A stretch of 62,616 nucleotides of DNA, counting the filler, from Choristocarpus tenellus KU-1152 (Eukaryota; Protista; Phaeophyceae), in NCBI GenBank assembly GCA_964200185.2. It is 10 parts of 10 records of this genome, joined end to end, with 100 filler letters (N's around TTAATTAATTAA, not from the genome) between each part and the next. Parts side by side here need not be neighbours in the genome. Positions count along the whole stretch, not along the records: positions 37,122 to 40,456 come from CAXNAD020020730.1; positions 40,557 to 44,739 come from CAXNAD020015809.1; positions 44,840 to 52,938 come from CAXNAD020005152.1; 7 more parts are not named here. One strand, written 5' to 3'. The notes below the pieces were generated by a model that worked only from the letters and a program-made list of their open reading frames with translations, did no database searches and was not told where the DNA came from. This document shows, piece after piece, positions 38,467 to 51,816 of this stretch (positions are counted from its first letter, which is position 1; every line of letters begins with the position of its first letter). Made by a program: the position numbers and the translations under genes.

Positions 38467-38727
38467 AAGTGAAAGTATCTTAGAGGGTACGAGTTTTTCC
38501 CTGTTTGTGTCCATTTGGGGCTTGGCTTCCCACGGGTTTTTAAGGACATTTTACCTACTCCAAAATGTTTTGGAGTAGGTAAAATGCATACGTTATGAAA
38601 ATATGTGTCTAGAACAAGGATATTGGCATCTCCTAACAAATATGATAGCCAAAATTACATCAAAATTCCAACATTGGATTTTGGTCCCCAAATGGACGCG
38701 GCTTTACCCTCTAAGATACTTTGACTC
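38467..38727 (+). mobile_element. MITE family B copy 3 (261 bp), TSD ATCA
   Basis: TIRs AAAGTATCTTAGAGGGTA / TACCCTCTAAGATACTTT; ATCA at 38463-38466 and 38728-38731. Confidence 0.92.
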
Positions 38728-39639
38728 ATCAGACAGTGTTCGATGTGAAGGTATGTTTGGTTGTGTTGTGATTAACACGGTTAGAGGCAAATGTGTGTCA
38801 TAGTGCAACAAGACACCTGCGGGTTCGGTTTGATGTGTCTGAAGGGATGTCTTACTCAATCAGACTTTGGTTGAAGTGAGATGGGTACTGGTATGTCTGT
38901 GGCATATATTACTTAAGCAGACGGTGCTTGATATAAACTGTGTGGTCATTCATTGAGACATTAAAATGAAGACATTAATCCTCTGTAAAGAGAGCTGTCA
39001 CCTTGTCAGAGAAGGGTTTTGAAAGGATGGTTTTAACTCTGTTTATATTGCATCCTGTTGTGTGTCTTATACGTGTTGCAGAGTGATGGCACGTCTTATT
39101 GAGGGACTGTCAGTGAAGTAAAAAGTAAGAATCAACGCATGCTGTGCAACTTGTGTGAAAAAGAAGTAACACAGAAAGAAAGAAGAAGCCAAGCTTGGAT
39201 CCATATCTAACGTAACTACTGTCATAGGTCCTCTGAATGAATTGTGATGATGAGCTAATGAGCTAGTAATGTAAATGGGAACAGCGACCATTGCAATGGA
39301 CAAATCAACGTTCAGTATGGACTGACAATGCTGTATCGTTTCAAAGCAAATCGAATGAGTAGCCTATGTTTTAACAGATCTGTCCTCTCCTTGGATTCTT
39401 GGTGTCGATTTGCCCTCTAAGCTTGCTCAAGCAGTGACATGGTCATTACTTGTACGTCCTCAAAGGCCATCGTTATGAAGCACTCTTTCCAAGATAACTT
39501 GCTGCATCATTGGATATTTAAGGGCCTGGGATAATTCCCAGGCGCATAGACGCTCTAGGAGTTCCTGGGTATGTTCTTTCCCGGTTTAAAATAGGGGTAT
39601 TGACCAACAGGAGAAATTCAAGGACCTACAGGAGGAAGG

Positions 39640-40190
39640 GCAGGACACCACCACCCCCGACAGCAGTTCCTAGCTTTAATCCGCAACGAGCCGACGACAG
39701 TCTCCACTTTCCTGAGGCAGGTGGCCCTTGGAGAAGATGCCTTTACTGTAGGTGTTGAGATCCATGGACGCAGCGATGTCATCAATTTTGGCATTAGCAG
39801 GGCTCCACCAGTGAGTTTTCACCTCTTCCTGTGTTTCCCATTCCTCCACATCTTGTGCCTAGAGTACATCCGTGATTTTACCCAGCAGGAAAGGGACCCG
39901 ATCTGCCAGAAAGAAGGTGAAATGCCCTACTCTGGTCTTGATTGCTCCATGGGGGCGATCCCTTTTTCGCAACCGGGTCCTTCTCCCCTGGCGTCTGTCG
40001 TTGTCTGAGCCGTTACTGCCACTGCTGTTGCTGCTGTTGCTGCTGCTGTTGCTGTCACTGCCGCCATCTTCATGTTTTTTCCTCAGTCAATGCGTGGGCT
40101 GGTCAAAACATCTCTCTTCCTTCATCCTCAGCAGGTCAACCGATTGCTGATGCTCGGTCTTTGCTTCCTCCAACCTTGCTCGATCCGGGC
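39640..40190 (-). pseudogene. Degenerate ORF, probably the C-terminus of a DNA transposase
   Basis: One frame with scattered stops: RVGHFTFFLADRVPFLLGKITDVL*...EVKTHWWSP...YSKGIF, preceded by a Ser/Asn repeat. Family not firmly recognised. Confidence 0.35.
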
Positions 40191-42059
40191 CAAATCATAG
40201 CGATTCGTCGTAGAATCGTCATGGCGGAGAATGAGAACTACGGTAATTTACCGACATGCTGTATCTATGTATCACCAACTGATCAAGACAAAGTAACAGA
40301 TAGACGTACAGGTTGGCATCACAGTTGACAAAGGAAAAACGGAACTATCTGGTGGTGTCAAAGGAGTAAGGCTAAAAAAAATGGCAGGGGTGGTTGTGGG
40401 GGCAGAGAGTATAAGAGGGAGAATATATGGTGTGGGGGTGGGGGGGTCTTGAGCAGNNNNNNNNNNNNNNNNNNNNNNNNNNNNNNNNNNNNNNNNNNNN
40501 TTAATTAATTAANNNNNNNNNNNNNNNNNNNNNNNNNNNNNNNNNNNNNNNNNNNNCTCACAAATCACCACCCCCCCCCCCAGATACTTTGACCCAAAGA
40601 ACAATATAGAGCAATGGATTTCACTCCTCACATCTCATTACCATGTAAAGATTGCAGAAGAAAGCTACTAAACGGCCGCATCTGCTTTTGCCCAGGAGTG
40701 GGAAATGAAAAGGCGTCATGATTATCGCCCAAAACAGCCTAACAGATACCTCCAATTCTGATATCCTCATCAGTCCGAAGACGGTGGAGGTTTATCCCCA
40801 TTTGACCAATGCTCTTCTAGCAATATTGTTCAAATCTTTTCTGTAGCCCCTTGTACTAAATTAGATGGTTGTTGGTCCTATTAATAAGATGCATTTGAGT
40901 TTTGCTATTGCGTCTATTCGTCCAAGCCAACTTGAAGTTGGTAACGCCTTTGTAATCGAATATCATGCCACCAATGAATGACATAGCGATCAATGACATC
41001 AGACTATTTATTGTTTTGCTTTCCAATTATGATGTATCTTACAAGAAAAACTCGTTTTCTTAAGTCATGGATGGTATTCTATTTACAAGACTTGGGAGTG
41101 ACTGGTATGGTGTGGTTTATCTCGTTCTGCATTAGTTCCTAATCTTCTTACTTTTGTGTGCCAATAGATTTGGATATTAGGCATGGGGTCTTTAATCATC
41201 TTGTGAGGTCACTGTTATCTATAATTGAGGTTAACGCTGTCTCCTTTCAGATCAGACGCGGCCTTGGATTATTGCGTACTGATTCAGATCCAGTAAGTAC
41301 GTGTTTTGTCGATCACAGCACAGAATTATTAAACTATTAAAACCGAATGTAGTAAATGCGATCATTTTTATGTTTTCATCCTTGAATTCTGACCAGCCGA
41401 GACAAGTCGTCGCACAATAATGTATCAAACGAGGAAGACAACTCCATAAATATCCACATATATTACATGAAAAATATCAAAAAAAATCAAAAAAGTGGGG
41501 GGTGATTGTAGGAGAAGATTGTTTGGTGTACAATTAGATAGGATAAAGTATTTTCCCAGGCTGACCCTTATCAAATACTCAAATCTATGTTTGTTAAAGA
41601 CCAATCTTAATCCAAGCCCAGCCAAACATTCACGTTAAACTGATAGCTCAATATCAGCATCATCATCAGTATATTTAGAAATTATGTATATGCGATCCAC
41701 TGCACGGTGTACCTCTACTGGTAGGGTCAGAGCACAACATTGTATGTTCTAGCAACTCTGGTGACTTGGAAAGGCTAATTACAGAGCTAGCTCCGTTGCT
41801 GCTTGCCTTGATCTTAGGTTCTGGACCCATCTCGATAGACTTCCTTGATATCTAACACCTTGAAATCTGACATGACGTATCCTATTTTGGATATTTGTAT
41901 GATTTTTTTTTTGCTTTGTTTGGAGGAACAAGTCTCTTCTTTTATGAGAGGTACCGTGTTTTGTTTATGACTTTTGTGGAGACAACTCATTTTTATTACA
42001 GTTTCCTATTTTGCACGTTTATGTGACTTTTCTTGTAATTGATTGGGTTTTTTGTTTCA

Positions 42060-42497
42060 AGGGACAGGACATCGTAGTGACAGTACCCTGTTTTGCATGT
42101 TCATTAGTATGTGCTCGTTTCAGTTTACTTGCCTTGTTCCAATTCCTGTTCAAGGTAAATGTCACCTACAGACATCACGTCTAGAATACGCTATCTTGGT
42201 GGAGTTTTTATTTCACTTGGTTAAGTCAAATGCGAATTGAGTGCCGTGAGGCGAGAGTGTCATGCTGGCGTATCTATTTCTAAAAGTAACGTTGGAAGAG
42301 TTTCTTTTTCCAGGTTTCCTTCCTGTTCTATATCCCCAATGTCGCTGACAATTTCGGACCCAGCAGTGACATTCATATTATATCTGCTGCGTTCATTTTA
42401 CGATGAAGGGTGTTTTCTTTCGTGTGTCCAATTTCCTATTGGTGAAGTGAAGCAATTATGAGTTTGTGCTTCACAATGGGGGGCATGTTACAGGCAA
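42060..42497 (-). mobile_element. Diverged second copy of the 5' region of the element at 60250-62560
   Basis: Shared colinear blocks with 62130-62557: GGGGGCATGTTACAGGC, TCTGCTGCGTTCAT, GTGACATTCAT, AACGTTGGAAG, TGAGTGC. Confidence 0.75.
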
Positions 42498-43822
42498 CAA
42501 CCACCTTTCTGCATTGGTACAGGATCATTATTTGATCAGGTCATTATTGTATGGGTGTATTCGACTTAAGAACTTCTGATTTATACCCCTCGAATCCTCC
42601 TCACTTGATATATCTTGTTCACTCTATTTTTTGTAACCTGTGAAAAGTCAATTATATCGGAGATCCAGCCAATAAGTCTTGACTATTTTAGGTTTCTTCC
42701 GCCTCCACATTTGAGTATTGAGGCAACTACATCGTCATCCCCCACTGAGTGAACTAACTTTATGTTGGCAACACAACAGTCAGGCCGTTTCGAGTTCATA
42801 CAGCCAAACTTGAGTGGTGTTCAGTAACTATTAGGACAGCATTTTGCTATATTTTTTGGTACAACTAATAGTAGTAGCACTGTGTGTGTTTCATTGTGTA
42901 TGCATGAACCTGTATGGAGTGTGTTGTTGTGCATAGATGTGTGTGTGTGCAGTCTTGTCGTTCCTGCTTCTCATTTCTTGTTCATTTCTCTCTCCCTCGT
43001 TTTGTCGGATGCCTATGTTCTTCACGTGGGACGTCCCAACTCCTTGAAGCATGTTCGAGAATATGAACCTTGGGCAAGTGGCACTTGACTTCCTTTGGGG
43101 AGTAAATCCATCAATACTTGGTAGTGTTGGTAGGTACATGGAGCAGAAAGTAGGCATAGCAATATTAATTATACATACAACATGAAATGATGCATTACAG
43201 GCAAGGCAATAGTAGGTTATGTATCACAATTGAGCACAACCAACACAAAATCGAAAGTCTCCAGAAGCGGTTTTGCTTCAATTGATGATTTGACGTGTAG
43301 TCTCCCATGGCAAGAGACCATACCACCAAAACAATGAACTCTTTATGTCAATTTCATCACCAACTATGTACTACCTTATAGGTCCACACCAAGGCAGGTC
43401 ACTACTTTGCCACAGTATCAATGATTTCCAAGCAGAACAGACTGGGTGCCAAATTCACAATCAATTCACAAACAAACATCTCCAACACTGAACGCCTGGG
43501 ATAACATGGCACTGAGTTGCACAACAAGCCGCTTTACGTGTGCTCATAAAACAATGAAATAGGGTGTATTACACAGGGTAGAAAATATGGCTTAGAATGC
43601 AAGAGGGCCCGGGCCTGCCTACCCTTCAATTACTTTGGCTCAAAAGGCTAATCCACACAAACACCACTCCTAACTACAGGGCAAACTAAGTACAGGTTCC
43701 AAGGTTTACATGCTACACATGCAAGAAGGTATGCAGAAAAGGGGACGGTGACAGCATCACGGGATTGATGGTTCCAAAGACAGACTTTAGATGGCACATT
43801 ACACATATGTGTGCATACATGT

Positions 43823-43859
<37 letters not shown>

Positions 43860-44652
43860 TCTCATCTACTACATTTTGTAGTACGGTGTGAGTACGGCCA
43901 CAGATCCACATACATGTGTCACACAAAGGCGTTTCATAATGCAGTCAGCAATACAAACTCAATGCGTACACTCATTTTCAAGAATCTTCACACACACACA
44001 CCAAATTGCACATGACAAGATGTGCACAAATTAGTAAAGCATGCTAAATCAAGGGCTGGCACAACAACAACACACGCCTTCAACAAAATTTCCATAGGCA
44101 AAACCTACAGCTCCACAGCAGCACAAACATAAACAAGACTTGTACAACAAACAAAAAAGCATCTGTGAACGGATCCCTCCCCTCTGATCCGCCGGCAAGT
44201 CCATGAACATGCCCTCACTAGCTGTATCAAGGCCGACACCTACCAGTACACGAAACTAGAGAGTCTATCTGCAACAGCCCTCTTCCACACCAAGGTACTT
44301 ATTTGTTGGAGTGACTGTGAAGACAGACGGGTTACAAATCAGGAAAAGTTCTGGATCCAACTTAATAGGTCTATTTAGGCATATGTAGGAAACAGGGCCA
44401 GGACGAGGCAGTAGCTAGCCTTGCAAAAGTGGGAAAGAGATGATTACATACATGCCCCAGGGTGGTGGCACTCACAGGAAGCATTCCCTGTCCTGAGATT
44501 AACAGGACGGGTCTCAACCCTTCGCTTGCTGCAAGTGAACATACTCCTTAGTACATGGGGGGTAGCAGTAGCACAAACTAGCGACCCTGAGAGGCCCTGG
44601 TCCTACATGTACCAGGGGATAAGCAGAAAGAAGCAGCCACAATACCAAGCCA

Positions 44653-44684
<32 letters not shown>

Positions 44685-44839
44685 CCACCCCCAAAAACCG
44701 CAAGAACGTCGCGCAGGGGAAGAGGGGAGAGCTCGGGGGNNNNNNNNNNNNNNNNNNNNNNNNNNNNNNNNNNNNNNNNNNNNTTAATTAATTAANNNNN
44801 NNNNNNNNNNNNNNNNNNNNNNNNNNNNNNNNNNNNNNN

Positions 44840-47015
44840 GCATGTATGATCCGTTGGAGGTATGGTTCAAGTGTGTTCAGGCCCCCACGGGTGGTGGCAT
44901 GGGTGAGGCCTCGGGCTGCTGAGGAGAGCACTTTTGCTTCAGCTGGAGTTCCAGTGGGGCAGCGCCAGTGTGCCATGAAGTTCCGGGCAAGTGCCCCACA
45001 GAGGGCTGTACGATTGGGAGGGGATAAGCCAGCCCAATTCTTGAGGCACAGATTCGACAGTCCATCCAGAGCAGCGTGCCTGGTTGGTTGAGTTGGGCCA
45101 GTTTAATCAGGAGGTGAAGATGCATATGTTTGGACAATTCAAGGTAATGAGGGCGATTGCATGTGGGCTAGGTAGTATTACATTGGAAAGCTAGCCTGGG
45201 GCTGGTTGTACTCAGGGTTTGGGATGAGTGATGATGCAGTGTATCGTAGTACTTGTTTTGAATTCTCAACCCCCTATCACCACCTTGCCTGCCCATCTGC
45301 AGTAAACCTGGATGTAAGATCTCCTTTGACCTTCAAAAAAGTCAGTGAAACATTACTCCCCCCCAGGCACTGCCATAGAAATCCACTAAAGACTTATGAA
45401 ATATACAAAAAATGTGTGAACTTCACAGAGAAATATGACCTTGCATCAAGATCCACAGCAGTGACATCAGCGTAGCAGAGCAGGGCGGGAAGAATGTTGT
45501 CAAAGCGCATACCGAGGCGATCACCATGCCCGTACAGCAGTTGCGCAAGGGCACGGACAATCTGATGAAAACACGGTCAGGTACCGAACATGTGGGGAGA
45601 GGGGGGTGAGTTGTGCATGGGTGTAAGCGTAACTCATTCACACTTCGTGAGATTGCACAGATGGGATGAGCATCAGGTGTCAAGGTGAGTTATTGTGTGA
45701 TGTTCCATAAAAAATAAACTCATAGAGGTCAAGATCGCGTAAGGAAGAACCAGAGAGCGGTGTCCTTGATCAGCGTCCCAGGGTGGATTCTTCCTTAATT
45801 TTCAGCAGCTCTGTTGCATATTGACCTGAACGGATGGTCATGCTTCGTGTGATCAGGGTGCTGGGAACAACTACAACACCATCTGCTGTATGATGCTATG
45901 TTCCAAATCATAAATCGGTAGGCAGGTGTAATAAGGACCTATCACCTACCCTGTTATTTAACTTTAGCCAAGATCAGCGTAAACAGGTTCAATAAAAGAC
46001 TACAGCCAAAGGTCTTGCACGAAAATTTCGTGATAATGAGACTGCCAGCTGTAGAAGAGCAGTTTCCAATTCCTTTTCGCAACCACTGTCTTGTTAATTC
46101 CTTTCATCACTATTCCACTTGGGAGACAGTATTAACCTAAGCTACCAAGGAAAGGTCCGTACCTCGTGGGATAGGAGGCTGACCTTGGTCTTGGTTTCAG
46201 TCAGGGAACTGAGGAAGAGGTCGAGGGTTGCATCCATTTGCCATCCTGAAAATGTTACCCTCTGTTGCTTGATGGAAAGCTGCCCGACAGGGAGGAGTTT
46301 GACGTGGGGCAATAGTGGCGTAAGGATAGGATTGCAACTTCTTCCTCATTTTCCGTGATAAAAAAAGCCAGACATTAGTAACATGAGAATTCAGTATGGG
46401 AAACCCTGTTGTGAGCAACTGAACTCCGAGAGGAGTCTCACCGAGAGGAGTCTCACCGAGATGAAGAATTGCGCTACCCTTGAACACAGGAGCTCTGATG
46501 AAGGTGGCACTGCCTCGCAGAGCCCTGCAACCATGGAGCCCGCATCCTGGGGACTGGCAATATTGCCCATAACGCACAAGGTATCATCAAGAGGTGGTAA
46601 GGACCCTTTGCACTAAATCCATATTTCAATGGTACCTACCTGATACCTCATATTTGAACAAATCCACCTACCTTAAGGAGGAGTTGGGGTAAGTAAGGGT
46701 GGCGAGGAGATCGAGCTGGGTCAGCAGTTCAGCCTCAGCCGTCCTTTCTGGACTGCTGTTGAAAACATCGGAACCTCGCCCCGATTCTCTCCTGACCCAA
46801 CCACGGTGTTGTCCTTGAGGATGCTGCACCTGACCATGCCATGACCCACCCCGTCGTAGGTCCTGGATTTTTTGCAGACAAGATAACCAAATGGCCCTCT
46901 CTCGTCTCTGGAAGGAAAGATTGGAACACCGTCGTTGTTTCTCAACAACTTCAGATCGTGCATCCCCCAACAAGTGACGACGGGGGTCACGGTCTTCATG
47001 TGACACTTGGTCCAT
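44840..47015 (-). CDS. HEATR6: HEAT repeat-containing protein 6-like (HEATR6), 5' part truncated by contig end
   Basis: Exons 47015-46672, 46553-46457, 46279-46163, 45561-45440, 45079-44840 join in frame: AELLTQLDLLATLTY...SPQDAGSMVAGLCEAVP...SRVAQF...KQQRVTF...HEIVRALAQLLYGHG...DLDARHAALDGLSNLCL...VLSSAARGL; colinear with the recalled HEATR6 N-terminus. Confidence 0.75.
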
Positions 47016-47123
47016 TTCAAACTGAGCTTTCCAGGATCTCAAGGAAATTCTGAGGCGTTATTCTATGAAGTAGAAAATACAACCTATTATGAAGTGTTTT
47101 GCCCTGTAACATCTCACTAACGA

Positions 47124-47480
47124 TCAGCCACGATGTTTGTTGTGCGTCTTAGAGGAGGAACTCGAGCGACCAAAGAGATTCCTCTTGAATATTTGCTTCG
47201 TTGACCTGCACGGTACCTTCAAGATGACCTTGGAACCTTGAGTCGTGCAGTACAGGGTATTTTGTAAGCAATTTATCAATAATAGTGGAATGGTAGAAAA
47301 CTTGTGTAAATACTGTTTTGTGTTTTGTGTGGCGTTATCAAAGAAGCCCCTCCCTGTACCAGCAACGAGTAATTGATACTCACTGCCAATCTCCTGGAGT
47401 ACATCCGCATGCGCAGGTCGTGCATGCTCTTGAGTTCCCAATTTTATTTCAAGTAGCCAAAACCTGGACAATTTCCCCCC
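47124..47480 (-). pseudogene. Possible decayed Sola-type transposase catalytic fragment
   Basis: VSINY[frameshift]VAGTGRGFFDNATQNTKQYL...IFKRNLF resembles the NYF...HGKG..DG.GG..K block; degenerate. Confidence 0.3.
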
Positions 47481-48204
47481 TCATCAAAACCCTTAACAAG
47501 TGACCGAAATAGATGAAGTGTCCCCATACTTTCCCCTCTGCACCAGCTGCTGCCACTAGGTGCACCATATTAATTGTGCTGTTCCAGTACCCTATCCTGT
47601 GCAATGCGTGCTTCTCGAGGGGTCCCTCTCTGTTTAGCTCTAGTACCAATACTCCAAATTAGCTTTCAACTGCTGGAACCCCAACCCCCTTCTCAGGTGA
47701 CCCTTCAATGATCATGATTTTTCAAACGTGTACAACCTTCTCATATGAGCATGTCCTATGCGCACAACATCGTCAATCACAAGCTCCATCTGGCCCCAAC
47801 TTCCTCCCTGCCCCTCCTGACCTATTGGGCCGCCCACGCATCAAGAACGTCCCCTTTCCTTCAATTTTCCATTAAAAAAGTGGTCCAGATTCGAACACCA
47901 TACTTGCTACGACTTAATTTCACACTAATGTTTATAGCTTCCATCATCACAACAAAAAATGCACAATGAGTCACTTCTTCCATCTACAATTCTAGTGCAT
48001 TGTAGACGTCACTGAATAAGTGGTTGGAGGTATAGTCAATGATGTATTTTGCTACACGAAATGTTGTGTTGTTGGAGAGTCTGTACATCTGATGTGTGAC
48101 ATCGTATGCCCCACTTTATCCTTGATTTATGTTCTGTGTTAAGTACTCTGTTCCTGGTACAATGGTCCTACAAAGTACGTGTCTGGGCTTTTCACCCGAC
48201 TGAG

Positions 48205-48800
48205 GCTGGAGGCCAGCCTGCGGTCGGTCCAGTCACATCTTTGTCACCCCTAGACGAGCCCTATTTTAACACATTTCACAAGGACTGGCCCGGGGCCCAG
48301 TATGGTTGAAATTTCGACGATTCTGGATCTGTCTATTAAAACAATTTTTTCCACGATTATTTTGGGTCTGAACTGATTCAAATCTGTGACGGTCCTATGA
48401 ACCTGTTTGTTGGCCAAACAGACCCGGTCAAGCCAGTTGAGTTGCTCGGGGAAAATGTATTGGTGAACCCCCAAATTTTCCCAAAGACATGTACGTGTGA
48501 GAAAAAATATGTAAAAATGCCTCGAGTTGCATATGCTCCCCTGTTGTTATGGTGAAAAGATGCTGAGAGGTGAGCGGGTCAAGTCCAAAACATGTACAGT
48601 GTTTTAATGAGGATGAGGGCTAGCCAACAGCCTGGTCCAACCATAATCTTTAGAGACCCTGGACTAGCAATGTTTCACCAGGTCCAGCCTGCAATCTAGC
48701 CCGAATGAAGACCCTGACGGTCCTGCACCAACCCTGTTTATACATATTTCACTGGGGCTGGCCCATTGTCCAGTCCAGTTGAAATCCTACTACATTCCCA
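48205..48800. repeat. Degenerate direct repeat, about 110 bp (48205-48322 and 48682-48797)
   Basis: Shared CCAGCCTGC...CCCT.TTT...CA.ATTTCAC..GG.CTGGCCC....CCAGT...GTTGAAAT. Confidence 0.6.
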
Positions 48801-49323
48801 TAAGAACATATCTCACCAGGACCAGTCCAGGGCCCGGTTGGTTGTGTTTGCCCTGCCCAGTGGGGGTCCTTGACACAAAAATGCAATGCATAGGGAGTTA
48901 ATGCGGACGTTCGCAAACTCCATATTTTTTACAGCGTAAGACTTGGTATCATGCCCCTTCCCTCTCAGTTGGCGAGATTGAGATCATAAGCCACATTAAA
49001 AACACATATTCATAACAATTGATATTGCCCCTTACCAGCACATCACATACACTGCAGACCCAAGCAAAAATCTTCAGCACTGCACATGAGCCAATTTGGT
49101 TAACATAGAGAACCTCTATTAGATGCCATTTGCAGATTCTGCAAGAGACAACTGACAGCCTTCTTGAGTTGGGACATGCGCTACCGTATGATCTAAGCAT
49201 CAAAATTCTCCATGCGTGAGAGTCAACCAGAAACATTTGCCACAAGAGGTATCATGGTTCCCAAGGGCTCTCTGTGACCACCTGAAAGGGACTTGACCCA
49301 GTTTTGAAAACGCTTAGCCTTTC

Positions 49324-49811
49324 TCAATGTAGAGGGGAGCTCGAGCTCATCATGTACTGATCACAGGACCATGGCAATTCCCTACGCCTTTGTCCACTAA
49401 CATTTCCCCTATTTGCCCAACGCTGTGTTTTGGCATCCAAATGTGCTCTTGTGGGTGATATTTCCTGGCAGGCCCTCTCTTCCTCTCTACCGCCACCCTT
49501 CTTTGTTGCAGGAGCACCATCACCAAGCTCTGCTGAGGATGTTGCCGGTAGATTTTGCAGCATCTGCTTGTAGGCTAGCAGGTGTTCCTCCTCCCCAAGA
49601 GCCCCACAGCCGCCAAGGAGGGACATTGGGAGGGGCATCCTTACTCCTACTTTTTGACCTCCCTCCCTGTCCACTGCATTAGTGTTGTTGGCAGTCCCAG
49701 AGGGAAAAGGTCTGCACTCTTGATTTCCTGAAGTAACTCGGAGGCCAGTTGTTGGGGGGGTATGTGCAGAGCTGAGGGTGGAGTTTCTCTCCAGTGATTG
49801 ACCCATTATAT
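49324..49811 (-). CDS. Possible terminal exon of an unidentified low-complexity protein
   Basis: 160-codon open frame after a tgcag acceptor. No family recognised and upstream exons not resolved. Confidence 0.3.
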
Positions 49812-50164
49812 CTGCACGTTGTCTGTTTGGGGCTTGCCCATGATTTGCAATTGCCTGCAGAACGAATTATTGCCAAAAAAGAAAAGGGGTTCAGGAGAAG
49901 TTCATGGCAGGTACTAGGCAAGGAGAAGAGATGGATCAAAATGGAAATATCGGTGCAAAGCTGGTGAATGCGAAAAAAAAGGAGGAAGCATCGAAAAAAC
50001 GGAAAGAACCATACTCTGAAATAGTTCACCCTCAAACGCGTCCATATATCATTGTAGAAAACAGTATTCGTCGTGGGAAAAAGGGAGCGTGAAAGCGCCC
50101 AGTACACTGCATGTTTAGAGGGGACAGCAACATAAGGTATGCATATGTAAGAAATTCATGCTTG

Positions 50165-50340
50165 GACCCAAAGTATCAGGGGGGGGGGCGGTCTACACCA
50201 GAGTGTCCATTTGGACCAAAACCAGGAAAAGTGCACTTTAATTATCCATCCAATATATGGAACCAAATCACCCAAAAATCATGATATGAAAAAATTGGTA
50301 CCAAATGGACAGTCGCCACCCCCCCCAGATACTTTGAGCC
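50165..50340 (+). mobile_element. MITE family A copy (176 bp), TSD CTTG
   Basis: GACCCAAAGTATCAGGGGG...CCCCAGATACTTTGAGCC flanked by CTTG on both sides. Confidence 0.92.
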
Positions 50341-51560
50341 CTTGGGCACATTGCTTGAGGGCGGATGCAACGCCCATCCGTACACTTCCTCTGTATTTTC
50401 TTCTCTTCACAATGCCGGGAGAGCTTTGACTGGAGGAGACAGTCTACTGTGAAAGTTGGAAGAAACCCCACCCCCTCCCTCTCAGTTTTTTTTGCTAATG
50501 TAAGATATACTAGTATTTTGTTGATTGACTCTGGAGTGAAGGGCCCAGTCACAAACTGGTCGCTATGGGTGCCACTAGAGACTGTGTGGCAGGTAATACT
50601 TGCCGAGATTTCATATGTTTCCGCTGTGCGGTGACAATATGGGGGACATATCAGTATTTCAATTTGACACATCAAACCTGAAACATCACTATAAAGCAAT
50701 GGCGCTTGATTTTCCTTTGCTTGAAGAGTGCGTAGGGTATGAGGTTCTTGTTGTTATACTGCAGCATGATACAGGACTACTACTGTCAGTCATAGAGTCC
50801 TCTCCTGCCTCACCCTGAGCGAGAGGGAATGGCACAGCTGCTAGGGAGACTGCCACATCACAAATCCAATTAAACAAGCAATAACACGACAGACTACTCT
50901 ATGTCGTAGCTACCTGTAAAAGTTTTGATATTCCCGAACACATTAGCCACCTTCCGCCACCATAATTATGGGCACCAGAATGCCAAGTGACATACTCAGT
51001 CAATCATGTTTACAGGGTGAGTTAGAGTCTCACTACCACCTATACATATTTTCGGGAAGATGTGCTTGATAGTCATAAAGAAGGGGGTTCATTATTCACC
51101 ATCCCTCATTGGTATCTGGTACAGGGCTTCAAAGCGAAGCATTTCGGTCCTTCTTTAAAGACTTCTTGGAAGAGGATATTGCTCTGAGAAGGGGTGGGTG
51201 CATTGTTTTTCTGCCCTCCACGGTATGAGATGTTGCCAATGAATCCCCCACGGATTGCTGCCTTTCTGTGTTCACCAACTGGGTCAAGTCGATTCTACCT
51301 ACACCATGGAAGAAAACTCCAATCTAAGATGTGAACCTTTGAACAAAACATTTCAGTGTTAAATGCATTGAAAGAGAATGTGGGCACTCTTCCCCCTCCA
51401 GATCACCCTGGGTTTCCGCCTTGCAAACCCAGATTGTGGATCATAAGTAGCTTTCTTCACGGCATGCCAAACACCCCCCCATTCTACTCTTTCCCTAGAG
51501 GGTTTCAATGCATTTGCTTCTTGGTTGGACCTTACCAGTCAGCGACAAGGTAGAGAGAGT

Positions 51561-51816
51561 GATTGAAAGCATCTTAGAGGGTACGAGTTTGGCCCTGTTT
51601 GTCTATTTGGGGCTTGGCTTCCCTTGGGGTTTTACGACATTTTCCTACTCCAAAATATTTTGGAGTAGGTAAAATATGTATGTTACGAAAAGGTGGGTCC
51701 GGAACAAGGATATTGACACTTCCTAACAACACGATAGCCAAAATTACATCAGAATCGCAACATTTGATTTTGGCCCCCAAATGGACGCGGCTCTACCCTC
51801 TAAGATAATTTGGCTT
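51561..51816 (+). mobile_element. MITE family B copy 4 (256 bp), TSD GAGT
   Basis: Colinear with the other B copies; GAGT at 51557-51560 and 51817-51820. Confidence 0.9.

Noticed and set aside
39942-40328. Plus-strand poly-Cys ORF as a metallothionein-like protein
   Set aside because: Product of a (CTG/TTG)n microsatellite; the more protein-like frame is on the minus strand.
46721-47020. ORF MKWTKCHMKTVTPVV... considered as a transposase C-terminus
   Set aside because: An overlapping frame gives HEATR6-like exon 1, which splices in phase to downstream exons; this ORF is a shadow.
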